A stretch of 64,000 nucleotides of DNA from an uncultured Bacilli bacterium (GCA_947629655.1 CANREL010000002.1:79152-143151), one strand, 5' to 3'; shown: positions 19,072-28,179, counted from the first letter of the stretch. The notes: a model not told the origin generated them from the sequence alone. Program-made: numbers and translations.

Positions 19072-19398
19072 TCAAAAATTATTATTATTTAGAAAATCTT
19101 GTAAATTAACATCAAATATTAACGATAATTTAATTAGATTATCTAAAGTAACATGTTTACATTTGTCTTTTTCATTCTCTAACCTCTTATAATGAACCTT
19201 ACTTATACCTAGATATGATGATATATTTTCTGTACTATAAGGATTATGATAACTTTGAACGCCTTTGTATTGTTTTTTATAATTGTTATAGCGTTGTGTT
19301 CTAAAATTTTTAATATTTCTACATATTATTTTTCTTTCTTCTTTAATATCTAAGTTATCTAGTAGTTCATATATCTGATAAACATGTTTAACTTCCAT
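19072..19398 (-). CDS. XRE-family HTH regulator (small, Cro/repressor-like)
   Basis: HTH ISSYLGISKVHYKRLENE...LDNLIKLSLIFDVNLQDF. The likely start is MEVKHVY, with AGGTGG 6 nt upstream. Confidence 0.65.
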   Translation of the reverse strand: MEVKHVYQIYELLDNLDIKEERKIICRNIKNFRTQRYNNYKKQYKGVQSYHNPYSTENISSYLGISKVHYKRLENEKDKCKHVTLDNLIKLSLIFDVNLQDFLNNNNF

Positions 19399-19614
19399 TA
19401 GTACCACCTACATAATTATCACATTATTAAAAAAATAAATTGGTATCATTTTAGGACATTTTTACAAATTTTTAATGTACAAAAAAAAGTAGAATTTAAT
19501 TCTACTCCAATATTTTAGTGTTCAATTTCATTTAAATAATTTACATTTTTCTTATTTTATAAATATTTAAATCTAAATTAAATTTTTGTTTTTAGCTTTA
19601 AATTAACATTTAAA

Positions 19615-19656
19615 AAAATATTGTATAGAATTACGTTCTACACAATATTTTTTTGA
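19615..19656. terminator. Imperfect 11-bp inverted repeat (ATTGTATAGAA ... TTCTACACAAT) flanked by T-runs on both strands
   Basis: Seen directly. It sits 3' of the minus-strand gene 19671..20042. Confidence 0.4.
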
Positions 19657-19670
19657 TCTTTTAAATTACC

Positions 19671-20042
19671 TCATTTATAAAAATGGTTTACTTTTTTTCT
19701 CATTGAGTTATATTCTTCATCTTGATATTTTTGGCAAGAAAGGTATACTGTGGCATTCCATTTACCATTAGAACACTTTCCATAAATTACAACTTTACAA
19801 TAAGACTTTTTATCAACATCTAATAGTATATTTTTGTCACTTCCACGAGCTCTAAGATTAGTAATATCCTTTTCATAAAGATATTCTTCTCTACCTTCAT
19901 TATATTTAGAAGGAAGAGTTATTTCCAAATACCGAACAGCTTCTTCTAATATGTCGTTTTTAATTTGATTATATCTATTCATATTATATTTATGTTTTAT
20001 TAATATAAATATAGTAGAAAGTGCAATGATACTAGTTGTCAA
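19671..20042 (-). CDS. Small membrane-anchored protein (about 123-134 aa); the 5' end is disrupted or phase-variable at an A8 tract
   Basis: A perfect GAGGT-N5-ATG at 20074 leads into ATGAAAAAAAAG-TAA, which is out of frame by one A. With A9 the product would begin MKKKVIIIVLILTTS... Only a TTG at 20042 is in frame. Confidence 0.4.
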   Translation of the reverse strand: MTTSIIALSTIFILIKHKYNMNRYNQIKNDILEEAVRYLEITLPSKYNEGREEYLYEKDITNLRARGSDKNILLDVDKKSYCKVVIYGKCSNGKWNATVYLSCQKYQDEEYNSMRKKVNHFYK

Positions 20043-20113
20043 AATTAAAACTATAATAATTACTTTTTTTTCATAAATACCTCATATAAATTAACATTTA
20101 TCTATCAATTCAA

Positions 20114-20431
20114 TTATATCATATTACTATGACTTGATAGTATATTTAATTTTTCAAGTCTTTCTTTTTGCGAAACATTATTATCTATCATACTGGCATT
20201 AATAACCTCTAAATTACTTAGAACTACTAGATGCAAGATATCCATATAATCTCTAATATTCCCTTTCAAATTAAAAGCAGAGTCAATCCAAGATGCAAAC
20301 TCCAATGCTATATCAGGATGGGCAAAAGTGCCACCATCATATTTTCTTCTTTTGCTCATAAAACCTTTGGCATTAATTGTAATTATCCATCTAGAAAGAC
20401 TCATCGTAAAAGATTATACTCTGAATCATTT
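20114..20431 (-). CDS. KilA-N/APSES-type DNA-binding domain fragment (phage-associated)
   Basis: ...SRWIITINAKGFMSKRRKYDGGTFAHPDIALEFASWIDSAF matches the C-terminal half of KilA-N (GTWxHPxxAxxFAxWL). The N-terminal half is missing. Confidence 0.4.
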
Positions 20432-20510
20432 TTAAACTCGTGATATTCCGCTAGTTTAAAATCTTCATTATATAACCCCACAAAGATATAAATAATTAAA
20501 TTATGAAAAT

Positions 20511-20654
20511 TTATGCTTTGACATCTTGTTCATTTTCTTGTGTTTCAATATTTTTACTTTTTTTAGCTTCTTCACTCTTTTTCTTAACTTGTTCAGCTAA
20601 TGCCCTTTTAAATGAATCATACTTTTTCTTTGCTTCTAAAGTCTTTTCATCCAT
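20511..20654 (-). CDS. Possible 47-aa K/E-rich hydrophilic protein (MDEKTLEAKKKYDSFKRALAEQVKKKSEEAKKSKNIETQENEQDVKA)
   Basis: AGGTGA RBS 6 nt before the ATG. The opposite-strand ORF 20503..20721 is its antisense artefact. Confidence 0.3.
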   Translation of the reverse strand: MDEKTLEAKKKYDSFKRALAEQVKKKSEEAKKSKNIETQENEQDVKA

Positions 20655-20709
20655 TCTAATCACCTACTCAATTAAATTATACTTTATATCAACATCTTTT
20701 TCAATTCAA

Positions 20710-21315
20710 CTATATGATTAATTTTATCAAATACGGAACAAAGAACACTTCATAACTTGAACATATAACAGCACCTATCAATGATAATATGAATACTTTT
20801 ATATATTTTTCACTAACTTTTCGAAAATTGATTATTTGTTTCATAAATATATGTTTAAACAATCGATAACAAAAATTACATCCATAAAAACACATCAATA
20901 AAAGAATTATTAAAAATAATATTTGATGAGGAAATACATATATAAAAGATAGAATAATACCTTTTAAACCAAATGTTCCAATGATAGAAGAAAACGAAAA
21001 TCCAACGATGAAACATTTCATTAAAATTATACCTATTATGAATATGAAGCCAACTACACTAAGACCTAATAAAAATATTCCAACTACGTATAAAGAATTA
21101 ACTAATATTGAATTTATAAAACTTTTAACATAATTTATACTGTTGACATTATTAAAAAAGGCTCGCTGCATATTAATTACCATTTCTTTATTATCATTAG
21201 ATATTATGAAATAGAAGAAAAATCCTAAAACGAGACTCATCATCATCATTCCAATTAATAATAAATACATTTTTTTCTGTTTATCAATAACACGTCTATT
21301 GCTATATAAATTCAT
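20710..21315 (-). CDS. SpoIIM/DUF95-family polytopic membrane protein
   Basis: About 200 aa with 5-6 TM helices and a DUF95-like length and topology. The ATG at 21315 has a GGTGA RBS. Confidence 0.45.
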   Translation of the reverse strand: MNLYSNRRVIDKQKKMYLLLIGMMMMSLVLGFFFYFIISNDNKEMVINMQRAFFNNVNSINYVKSFINSILVNSLYVVGIFLLGLSVVGFIFIIGIILMKCFIVGFSFSSIIGTFGLKGIILSFIYVFPHQILFLIILLLMCFYGCNFCYRLFKHIFMKQIINFRKVSEKYIKVFILSLIGAVICSSYEVFFVPYLIKLII

Positions 21316-21413
21316 TAATATCACCAGTAAAATATATTCATATTTTTAATAAATATTCTTTTTTATTTTACTTTTTAATCATTTTCTATTATAATTATAC
21401 CGAGGTGGAAAAT

Positions 21414-21503
21414 ATGAGTAAAAAGGCAATGCAAATCACATCTATATTATTTTTAATAATCATGATAGGATCAATGATCGCAGGTTTATTTGTATTTATA
21501 TAA
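21414..21503 (+). CDS. 29-aa hydrophobic micro-protein (MSKKAMQITSILFLIIMIGSMIAGLFVFI)
   Basis: GAGGTGGA RBS 4 nt before the ATG and TATAAT at 21390-21395. The gene lies upstream of the SpoVB-like gene. Confidence 0.35.
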   Translation: MSKKAMQITSILFLIIMIGSMIAGLFVFI

Positions 21504-21557
21504 ATTAGAGAAGATATTTATCTTCTTTTTTTATTGTTTCTTACATAGATATAAACT

Positions 21558-22877
21558 ATGAAAGAAAAATTTATAATATCGACAATTATATTGATCATAG
21601 GTGGTTTCATCACTAAAATATTGGGTTTATTTATCAAAATTGTAATGACGAGAACAATTGGAATTGAAGGTGTAAGTCTATATACACTAATACTTCCCAC
21701 TTTTTCTCTTGCCATGACTATCACTCAACTGAGTCTACCGATATCAATATCAAAATTAGTATCTGAAGATAAATATAATAATAAAAATATTTTGTTTTCA
21801 ACTATTCCCATATCTATCATTATAAATATTTTAGTAATCTCTATTTTAATCTTTTCTTCTAAATATTTAGCTATCAATTTACTCCATGATGAGCGATGTA
21901 TTTATCCTTTAATCGCTATTAGTCTCACTCTTCCTTTCATAAGTATGTCTAGCATCATAAGATCATATTTCTTTGGCAAACAACAAATGTTACCTCACGT
22001 CATATCAAATATAGTTGAACAATTGACGCGCATCACTCTAATCATCACGTTAGTTCCCAACTTGATGAAAAAGAGTATTGTGAGCGCTGTATGTGGCGTC
22101 GTTTTAGTAAATGTCATCAGTGAAACAGTTTCTTTTTTAATTCTCTTCTTTTTCTTACCCAATAAACTTCATCTCACTAAAGATGACATAAAACCTAAGA
22201 GAAGATACATAAAAAATATCTTAGATATCTCTATTCCCAATACATCAGGAAGAATAGTAACATCTATTTTTTATTTTTTTGAACCGATTATTTTGATGTA
22301 TATCCTTCGCAAAGTCGGTTATTCTGAAAGTTTTATCTCAACTGAATATGGAATCATCGAAGGTTATGTCTTGCCACTAATCATGTTACCAAACTTTTTT
22401 ACAATTGCACTAAGTAATAGTCTCCTACCAACTATTTCAAAATATCACTCTCTTCACGACTATCAGTCCATAAAGAAAAAACTGAAACAAGCTTTAATAA
22501 TTTCTGGCACGATTGGTCTAATTGTCGTCATAGTTCTCTATTCCTATCCAGACTTTTTTCTAAAATTGATCTACAACACGACATATGGTAAAAACTATTT
22601 ATTGTTTCTTCTTCCCTCTTTCATCTTTTATTATCTTCAACCACCCCTTGCTGCCACTCTCCAAGGAATTAATCGTTCAAAAGAATTAGTGACTAATGAA
22701 ATAACTGGTATAATTTTAAAAACATTAGCTATTCTCTTCTTATCATACTTTAGAATTGGCATATATAGCTTAGTAATTGGAATTATTATCAATATAACTG
22801 TAACAACTCTTCTTCACTTTAAAACCATAAAAAAAGTATTTAATTACTTTCTTCCAAAAAGGAAAAAGCGAAAGTAA
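21558..22877 (+). CDS. SpoVB/YtgP-like MOP-superfamily polysaccharide/lipid-II flippase
   Basis: TRTIGIEGVSLYTLILPTFSLAMTITQLSLPISISKLVSE aligns with the SpoVB N-terminal motif RFIGEEGVGLY...GLPVAISKLVAE. 439 aa with about 12 TM helices. Confidence 0.65.
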   Translation: MKEKFIISTIILIIGGFITKILGLFIKIVMTRTIGIEGVSLYTLILPTFSLAMTITQLSLPISISKLVSEDKYNNKNILFSTIPISIIINILVISILIFSSKYLAINLLHDERCIYPLIAISLTLPFISMSSIIRSYFFGKQQMLPHVISNIVEQLTRITLIITLVPNLMKKSIVSAVCGVVLVNVISETVSFLILFFFLPNKLHLTKDDIKPKRRYIKNILDISIPNTSGRIVTSIFYFFEPIILMYILRKVGYSESFISTEYGIIEGYVLPLIMLPNFFTIALSNSLLPTISKYHSLHDYQSIKKKLKQALIISGTIGLIVVIVLYSYPDFFLKLIYNTTYGKNYLLFLLPSFIFYYLQPPLAATLQGINRSKELVTNEITGIILKTLAILFLSYFRIGIYSLVIGIIINITVTTLLHFKTIKKVFNYFLPKRKKRK

Positions 22878-23418
22878 CAAATACCATAACAGGGAACAAG
22901 AATAATAATAATTCATAATCGATCTTTAATATCGAATTTAAAAATATCTTATCCATATCAAAGGAATATAGATTTAACTTCAATATCGAATTGGAAAACC
23001 AATACGTTATAATGTTAAAAAATCCCGTTAAAGAACATATGACATAACCTATATTTACCTTTTTTAATTTAAATAATTTCTTTGCTAAATAGAAAGTAAA
23101 TACGCATTGAAAAACAGATACTGCAAAGAAAAGAATAGTCATCAAAGACAAATTACTTATCTCTGTCGTAAAATAGCCAATTGTTCCAGTTTCAACTGTT
23201 CCCAGATCATTAATAGCTATTGAGAAATATCTATAGAACAAAATATATATCAATATGTATAGAGCCGTTAAAAAGCCATAGATAAATAATTCATTATTTA
23301 AATTGGCATCTTTTCTTTTTCTACCTGGTCTAATGATATATCGCAACGTCAAAGATGGTATTATAAACCACAAAGAAAAGTTAAGAGCAAAGAATATTGC
23401 AAAAGCTAAGTAATACAT
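22840..23418 (-). CDS. Polytopic membrane protein of unknown function, convergent with the flippase gene
   Basis: 192 aa with 5-6 hydrophobic helices. Confidence 0.5.
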   Translation of the reverse strand: MYYLAFAIFFALNFSLWFIIPSLTLRYIIRPGRKRKDANLNNELFIYGFLTALYILIYILFYRYFSIAINDLGTVETGTIGYFTTEISNLSLMTILFFAVSVFQCVFTFYLAKKLFKLKKVNIGYVICSLTGFFNIITYWFSNSILKLNLYSFDMDKIFLNSILKIDYELLLFLFPVMVFVTFAFSFLEESN

Positions 23419-23548
23419 ACTGCCACCCCTTTTTCTATTCTAAAAATATTATAACAAATATTTTAGATATAATCTACTTTTTTATTTTTATATTATTTTT
23501 ATTCAAATAGATTGATTTTTAATGTATAATTGTAATGGAGATGATGTT

Positions 23549-24964
23549 ATGAAGAAGTATGACGTAATTATAGTAGGAGCTGGTCCTGCTGGATTGTTTA
23601 CTGCCTATGAATTAATTACTAAAAATAACAGTTTAAAAATATTGCTTTTAGACCAAGGTAAATTCGCAGAAAATCGTCTATGTCCCATGAATAAATATGG
23701 AACTAAATGCGCTAACTGCAATCCTTGTCAAATCCTATCTGGATACGGAGGAGCTGGAACTTTCTCTGATGGAAAATTAAACTTTATTCCTAAACTTGGT
23801 AAAAGTGATCTTTTCAAATACATGAATGAAGAAGAAGCTTATGCAATAATTGATGATACAGAAAAAATATTTACTAAATTTAATATGGATAGTGATGTAT
23901 TTCCATCTGATATGAGTAAAGCTGATGAAATAAAGAAAAAAGTTGCTCTATCAGGAGCTCGACTATTACTAATAAAACAGAAACATTTAGGTAGTGATCA
24001 CTTACCAACTTACATTAAAGGTTTCACTGATTTTCTAAAAGAGCAAGGTGTAGAAGTAATTGAAAGCGCTAATGTTACTGATATTAAGAGTATTAAAAAG
24101 AATAAACATGAAGTAACAGCGAAAATTAATAAGAAAGAAGAAGTTTTTGAAGGACGAGCTGTCGTCGTTGCTCCAGGTCGTACTGGTGCTAAATGGATTC
24201 AAGAACTAGCTGATAAATATCACATTTCTTATCTATCTCAAAGTATTGAAATTGGAGTTCGTGTCGAAGTTAGAAAAGAAATTTTAGAAGATTTATGTAA
24301 TGTCATATATGATCCAACAATTTTTATCAAAACTAATACCTATGGTGATGAAATAAGAACTTTCTGTACTAATCCTGGTGGATTTGTCGCTAAAGAAAAC
24401 TATTATGGCTATATCTGTGTCAATGGTCACTCTCTAAAAGATATCAAATCTAATAATTCAAACTTTGCCTTCATCAGTAAAGTAAATTTGACGGAACCCG
24501 TTACTAATACTAGACAATATGGTGAATCAATCGCTCGAATTGCTAATGTTTTAGGTGATGGTAAACCAATAATTCAATCATTAAAAGATTTGAAGAGTGG
24601 TCGTCGCAGTGAATGGCATCGCATCAATAAAGGATTCATTACTCCAACTTTAAAAGATTGTGTTGCTGGTGACCTAGCTTTAGTTTTACCACACCGCATC
24701 ATTACAAATATCATTGAAGGATTAGATAAATTAAATGAAATAATTCCTGGTGTCAACAATGGAGAAACTCTTCTTTATGGACCAGAAATCAAATTTTTCT
24801 CCAATGAAATAACTACTAATAATAAATTTAAATTAGAAGACTATGATGTATATTTCATCGGTGATGGAGCTGGAAAAGCAGGTAATATCGTAACAGCCGC
24901 TGCAACGGGATTGATAGCAGCAAGAGATATCCTTGAAAATGATCAAAATAAAAAGAATGCTTAG
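23549..24964 (+). CDS. FAD-dependent dehydrogenase (COG2509-like; Rossmann GxGxxG plus a Cys cluster)
   Basis: MKKYDVIIVGAGPAGL...CPMNKYGTKCANCNPC. A GGAG RBS precedes the ATG at 23549. Confidence 0.7.
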   Translation: MKKYDVIIVGAGPAGLFTAYELITKNNSLKILLLDQGKFAENRLCPMNKYGTKCANCNPCQILSGYGGAGTFSDGKLNFIPKLGKSDLFKYMNEEEAYAIIDDTEKIFTKFNMDSDVFPSDMSKADEIKKKVALSGARLLLIKQKHLGSDHLPTYIKGFTDFLKEQGVEVIESANVTDIKSIKKNKHEVTAKINKKEEVFEGRAVVVAPGRTGAKWIQELADKYHISYLSQSIEIGVRVEVRKEILEDLCNVIYDPTIFIKTNTYGDEIRTFCTNPGGFVAKENYYGYICVNGHSLKDIKSNNSNFAFISKVNLTEPVTNTRQYGESIARIANVLGDGKPIIQSLKDLKSGRRSEWHRINKGFITPTLKDCVAGDLALVLPHRIITNIIEGLDKLNEIIPGVNNGETLLYGPEIKFFSNEITTNNKFKLEDYDVYFIGDGAGKAGNIVTAAATGLIAARDILENDQNKKNA

Positions 24965-24974
24965 CATTCTTTTT

Positions 24975-25859
24975 TTACATTGAAGTACCACCAGTCGTAC
25001 CATTATGTCCTAAAACATTATTAGGAATGGTAACACTACCAGCCTTATTAAAATCTTTTAAAGAGATTTCAATATAGAATTGATCATATCCTTCTGTTTC
25101 CATTAATGAAGACAAATCATATGACAATTTCGTTATATAACCATTACTTACATAGACATCAGCTAAAATGCCACTATATTGTCCAATAGCTTGGTCAAAA
25201 TCAACTACGACATTGTAATGTCCTTCTCCAAGAACTTTGACATCTTTACTATTACTATTTATTTTATCAATGATTGGTTTTAAATTAATTGTATCAGTCC
25301 CTGTAATTTTTTCTTCTTTCCAATTGATATTATCTTCACTCGTATAAGATGTATTAGTTTTATAGTCTGTATAACTGTATGATACAACACTATTAACACC
25401 ATTAGTAGCCGTTGTCTTCATCTTATCTGTTCTATTTTTAACATCTGCTGTTCCAACTGAATAAGTCGTAACGGTACTACCACTAACACCTAATTTCATC
25501 GTCATTTCAAAATTATAATTTTCATACTTAGAGAATTCAACTACGGAAGAATTAGATTCTTCTTTATCTTTTGTTTCATCTTTTCCCTCTTCTTCTTTTT
25601 CTTCATATTGATAATCATCATCATATTCATCTTCATATTTAGACCCCAATGCGAAATAGATAACAATACCGACCACTAATCCGACAACTACCGCCACTAA
25701 GATATAGACCAAAGTATTATTCTTTGGTTTTTGTGGTTGATACATATTAGGATTATATCCACCATTCATATTATTGTTATTGTAATTAGGATTTACACCA
25801 TTGTTATAATTATTATTGTAATTATTATTATTATACATATTATTCATTTGATCATTCAT
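24975..25859 (-). CDS. Single-pass membrane protein with an Asn/Tyr-rich prion-like N-terminus (NNNNYNNNYNNGVNPNYNNNNMNGGYNPNMYQPQ) and an extracellular domain
   Basis: GAGGTGA RBS. The TM segment is LVYILVAVVVGLVVGIVIYFAL. Motifs in the C-terminal domain are shared with the next gene. Confidence 0.6.
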   Translation of the reverse strand: MNDQMNNMYNNNNYNNNYNNGVNPNYNNNNMNGGYNPNMYQPQKPKNNTLVYILVAVVVGLVVGIVIYFALGSKYEDEYDDDYQYEEKEEEGKDETKDKEESNSSVVEFSKYENYNFEMTMKLGVSGSTVTTYSVGTADVKNRTDKMKTTATNGVNSVVSYSYTDYKTNTSYTSEDNINWKEEKITGTDTINLKPIIDKINSNSKDVKVLGEGHYNVVVDFDQAIGQYSGILADVYVSNGYITKLSYDLSSLMETEGYDQFYIEISLKDFNKAGSVTIPNNVLGHNGTTGGTSM

Positions 25860-25880
25860 AATCTCACCTCAAACTAACTT

Positions 25881-26618
25881 CTAAGAAACATAACTGATGT
25901 CTAAAGTTACATTTCCTTGTACTGATCCATTAACAATTGTTTCTGGTATAGTTATATCACCAACTTTATTTATAGAACTGAATTCATAAGTTATGACATA
26001 ATTTTCAATTGTTTCATCAACATTAGGAAATTCATAAGATATCTTTGACAAATATCCATCATTAGTAAATTTAGCTGTCGTTTTAACACCAGTATAATTG
26101 ACACCAGAAACAACTAAATCACAATTGTATGAATATTCACCACTATCATTTTTAACAACGCCATCAGAACTTTTAATCTTTGTAATTAAATTAGTAAAAT
26201 CTGGTAAATTCGTTCCTGTATTAACATTCTTCTCCCAAGTATTATTATCACTAGAATAATACTGCAATTGATTATTGAAATCGTAATAGACGTATTGAGT
26301 AACACCCATTGATGTAAGACTCGTATTAATTATCTTATTTTTCGCATCAACTGAACCATCACTAGATATTTGTACAGTATTTCCAGCACTAGTAATAGAA
26401 GCAACCATTTTTAAATTGTAATTACTATATTCTGAATAATCCTTAACATCTGTCAATTTTAAAGAATCATCATTTACTTTCGTATTATTTGGACTACCAT
26501 TATCTTCTTTTGTAGAAGTATCTGAATCATTCTCATCAGTCATAAAATTTAAATAACCACCAACCCCTAAACAAGTTACGCCAACTAGAATCATTATGAT
26601 TGCTATAACTCTCTTCAT
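25881..26618 (-). CDS. Paralog of 24975..25859 (membrane-anchored extracellular domain; shared YSNYNLKM / DNNTWEKN / ITIPETIVNG-type motifs)
   Basis: N-terminal signal-anchor MKRVIAIIMILVGVTCLGVGG, with alignable motifs in the same order as in its neighbour. Confidence 0.6.
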   Translation of the reverse strand: MKRVIAIIMILVGVTCLGVGGYLNFMTDENDSDTSTKEDNGSPNNTKVNDDSLKLTDVKDYSEYSNYNLKMVASITSAGNTVQISSDGSVDAKNKIINTSLTSMGVTQYVYYDFNNQLQYYSSDNNTWEKNVNTGTNLPDFTNLITKIKSSDGVVKNDSGEYSYNCDLVVSGVNYTGVKTTAKFTNDGYLSKISYEFPNVDETIENYVITYEFSSINKVGDITIPETIVNGSVQGNVTLDISYVS

Positions 26619-26711
26619 ATCACACCATCCTCTATCATATATTATATCATCTTTACAAATATATAAAAGAAAAAATTAAAAAAAGAGATGACTTTACTCA
26701 TCTCTTAACAC

Positions 26712-27596
26712 TCATATTAAATCTGTTTCCAAACAATCATCAATATAACTGTAAACATCAGGAATGACAGTTGCTGCCCTACTAGCTAAAAAATCATACA
26801 TGAATTCTTTGACCATACCATTAAAATTGAAATATGCATAACTCATTTCACGATCGAAATCAATCCATACTCCTAAAAAATTAGGTCTATCTTTTATCTT
26901 CTTTTCAAAATCTTGTTTTAAATATTCATATTCATTATAAGTTTTAACGACTAAACTATCAAACTTAACTCCTTTATAATTATATGACTTAGTCACGTGT
27001 CTGAACAACTCATCCAATCCTTGTGATAGATCCGTTGGAATAAAATACTTCTTAAACATCTCATTAGCATCTAAATCATATCCGAGTTCTGTTATTAGTT
27101 CTTTATCGTCATCACTAAATCTACTTCCTTTAAAAAATAAACTATCAGCTAGTGAAGCCATATAGATCATAAACTTTTCTTCATTAGAAAAACTGTAATC
27201 ATTTTTAAAATATTTATATATTAATAAACTACAAGAACAAGTATTACCAATTACGATATTTGATAGAATATTAGAATTTTTATGATGATCAATTCCCCAA
27301 ACAATCTTTTTACCAAACCCAACTGATTGGGTCGGATCATTATGATCAACTAATATGTAGTTATAATCATTATTCAAAGAAATAGTTTTAACATTAATAT
27401 CTGTACAATCATCAATCATTTTCTTATTGTACTCATCTATTTCATAACCACTATCTAAGAAACATGGATAACACTCTATTCCCTTACTCTTCAGTATCTC
27501 ATGAAGCAGAATAGTTGAAATGACACTATCGACATCTGGTCTTTTATGGCCAACTATATAAAGTGGAACATATTTCTTAAACATATCAAAATTCAT
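26712..27596 (-). CDS. DHH/DHHA2 phosphoesterase, family-II inorganic pyrophosphatase (PpaC)-like
   Basis: IVGHKRPDVDS (DHH motif I), ILVDHND and GIDHHK. The likely start is the second ATG, 7 nt from GGGG. Confidence 0.6.
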   Translation of the reverse strand: MNFDMFKKYVPLYIVGHKRPDVDSVISTILLHEILKSKGIECYPCFLDSGYEIDEYNKKMIDDCTDINVKTISLNNDYNYILVDHNDPTQSVGFGKKIVWGIDHHKNSNILSNIVIGNTCSCSLLIYKYFKNDYSFSNEEKFMIYMASLADSLFFKGSRFSDDDKELITELGYDLDANEMFKKYFIPTDLSQGLDELFRHVTKSYNYKGVKFDSLVVKTYNEYEYLKQDFEKKIKDRPNFLGVWIDFDREMSYAYFNFNGMVKEFMYDFLASRAATVIPDVYSYIDDCLETDLI

Positions 27597-27624
27597 AATC
27601 ATACCCCTTTCTTGTAAAAAAGAA

Positions 27625-28179
27625 CTATACAGTTAATAGTTCTTCATTTTTTTCTTTTAGTTTCTCATCAATAATCTTGTTATATTCATTAACTAAATTT
27701 TGAACCTCATTATTTTTACATTTTTCTTCATCTTCAGGAAATTCAGCTTTCTCGATATCTTCAATAGCTTCATGTCTAATATTTCTGATTGCTACCTTTC
27801 CTTCTTCACTAATCGCTTTTACTTGTTTTACAAGTTCTTTTCTTCTATCTTCAGTAAGCATTGGAATGACAATTCTTATCGTCTCTCCATCATTACCAGG
27901 TGTATATCCTAAATTAGATTCAAAAATCGCTTTTTCAATATCAGCTAAACAACTCTTATCAAAAGGTTTTATTAATAATTGTCTTGCTTCTGGTACTGAG
28001 ATAGTAGCAAGTTGTTTTAAAGGTGTCATCACCCCATAATAACTGACCATTACTCCATCCAAACTGCTTGGATTAGCACGTCCTGCTCTAACCGTTTGAA
28101 ATTTTTTCTCTATTGCTTCAACTGCTTTTTTCATTTTTTCTTCTGTTTCTTTTAGAATATCAAAGTCCATTTTATTCAT
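27625..28179 (-). CDS. frr: Ribosome recycling factor
   Basis: ...VRAGRANPSSLDGVMVSYYGVMTPLKQLATISVPEARQLLIKPFDK...TEDRRKELVKQVK. 184 aa. Confidence 0.9.
   Translation of the reverse strand: MNKMDFDILKETEEKMKKAVEAIEKKFQTVRAGRANPSSLDGVMVSYYGVMTPLKQLATISVPEARQLLIKPFDKSCLADIEKAIFESNLGYTPGNDGETIRIVIPMLTEDRRKELVKQVKAISEEGKVAIRNIRHEAIEDIEKAEFPEDEEKCKNNEVQNLVNEYNKIIDEKLKEKNEELLTV

Noticed and set aside
20503-20721. 72-aa plus-strand ORF
   Set aside because: It is antisense to a better-supported 47-aa minus-strand ORF that has an AGGTGA RBS. Its composition is hydrophobic junk typical of antisense frames.
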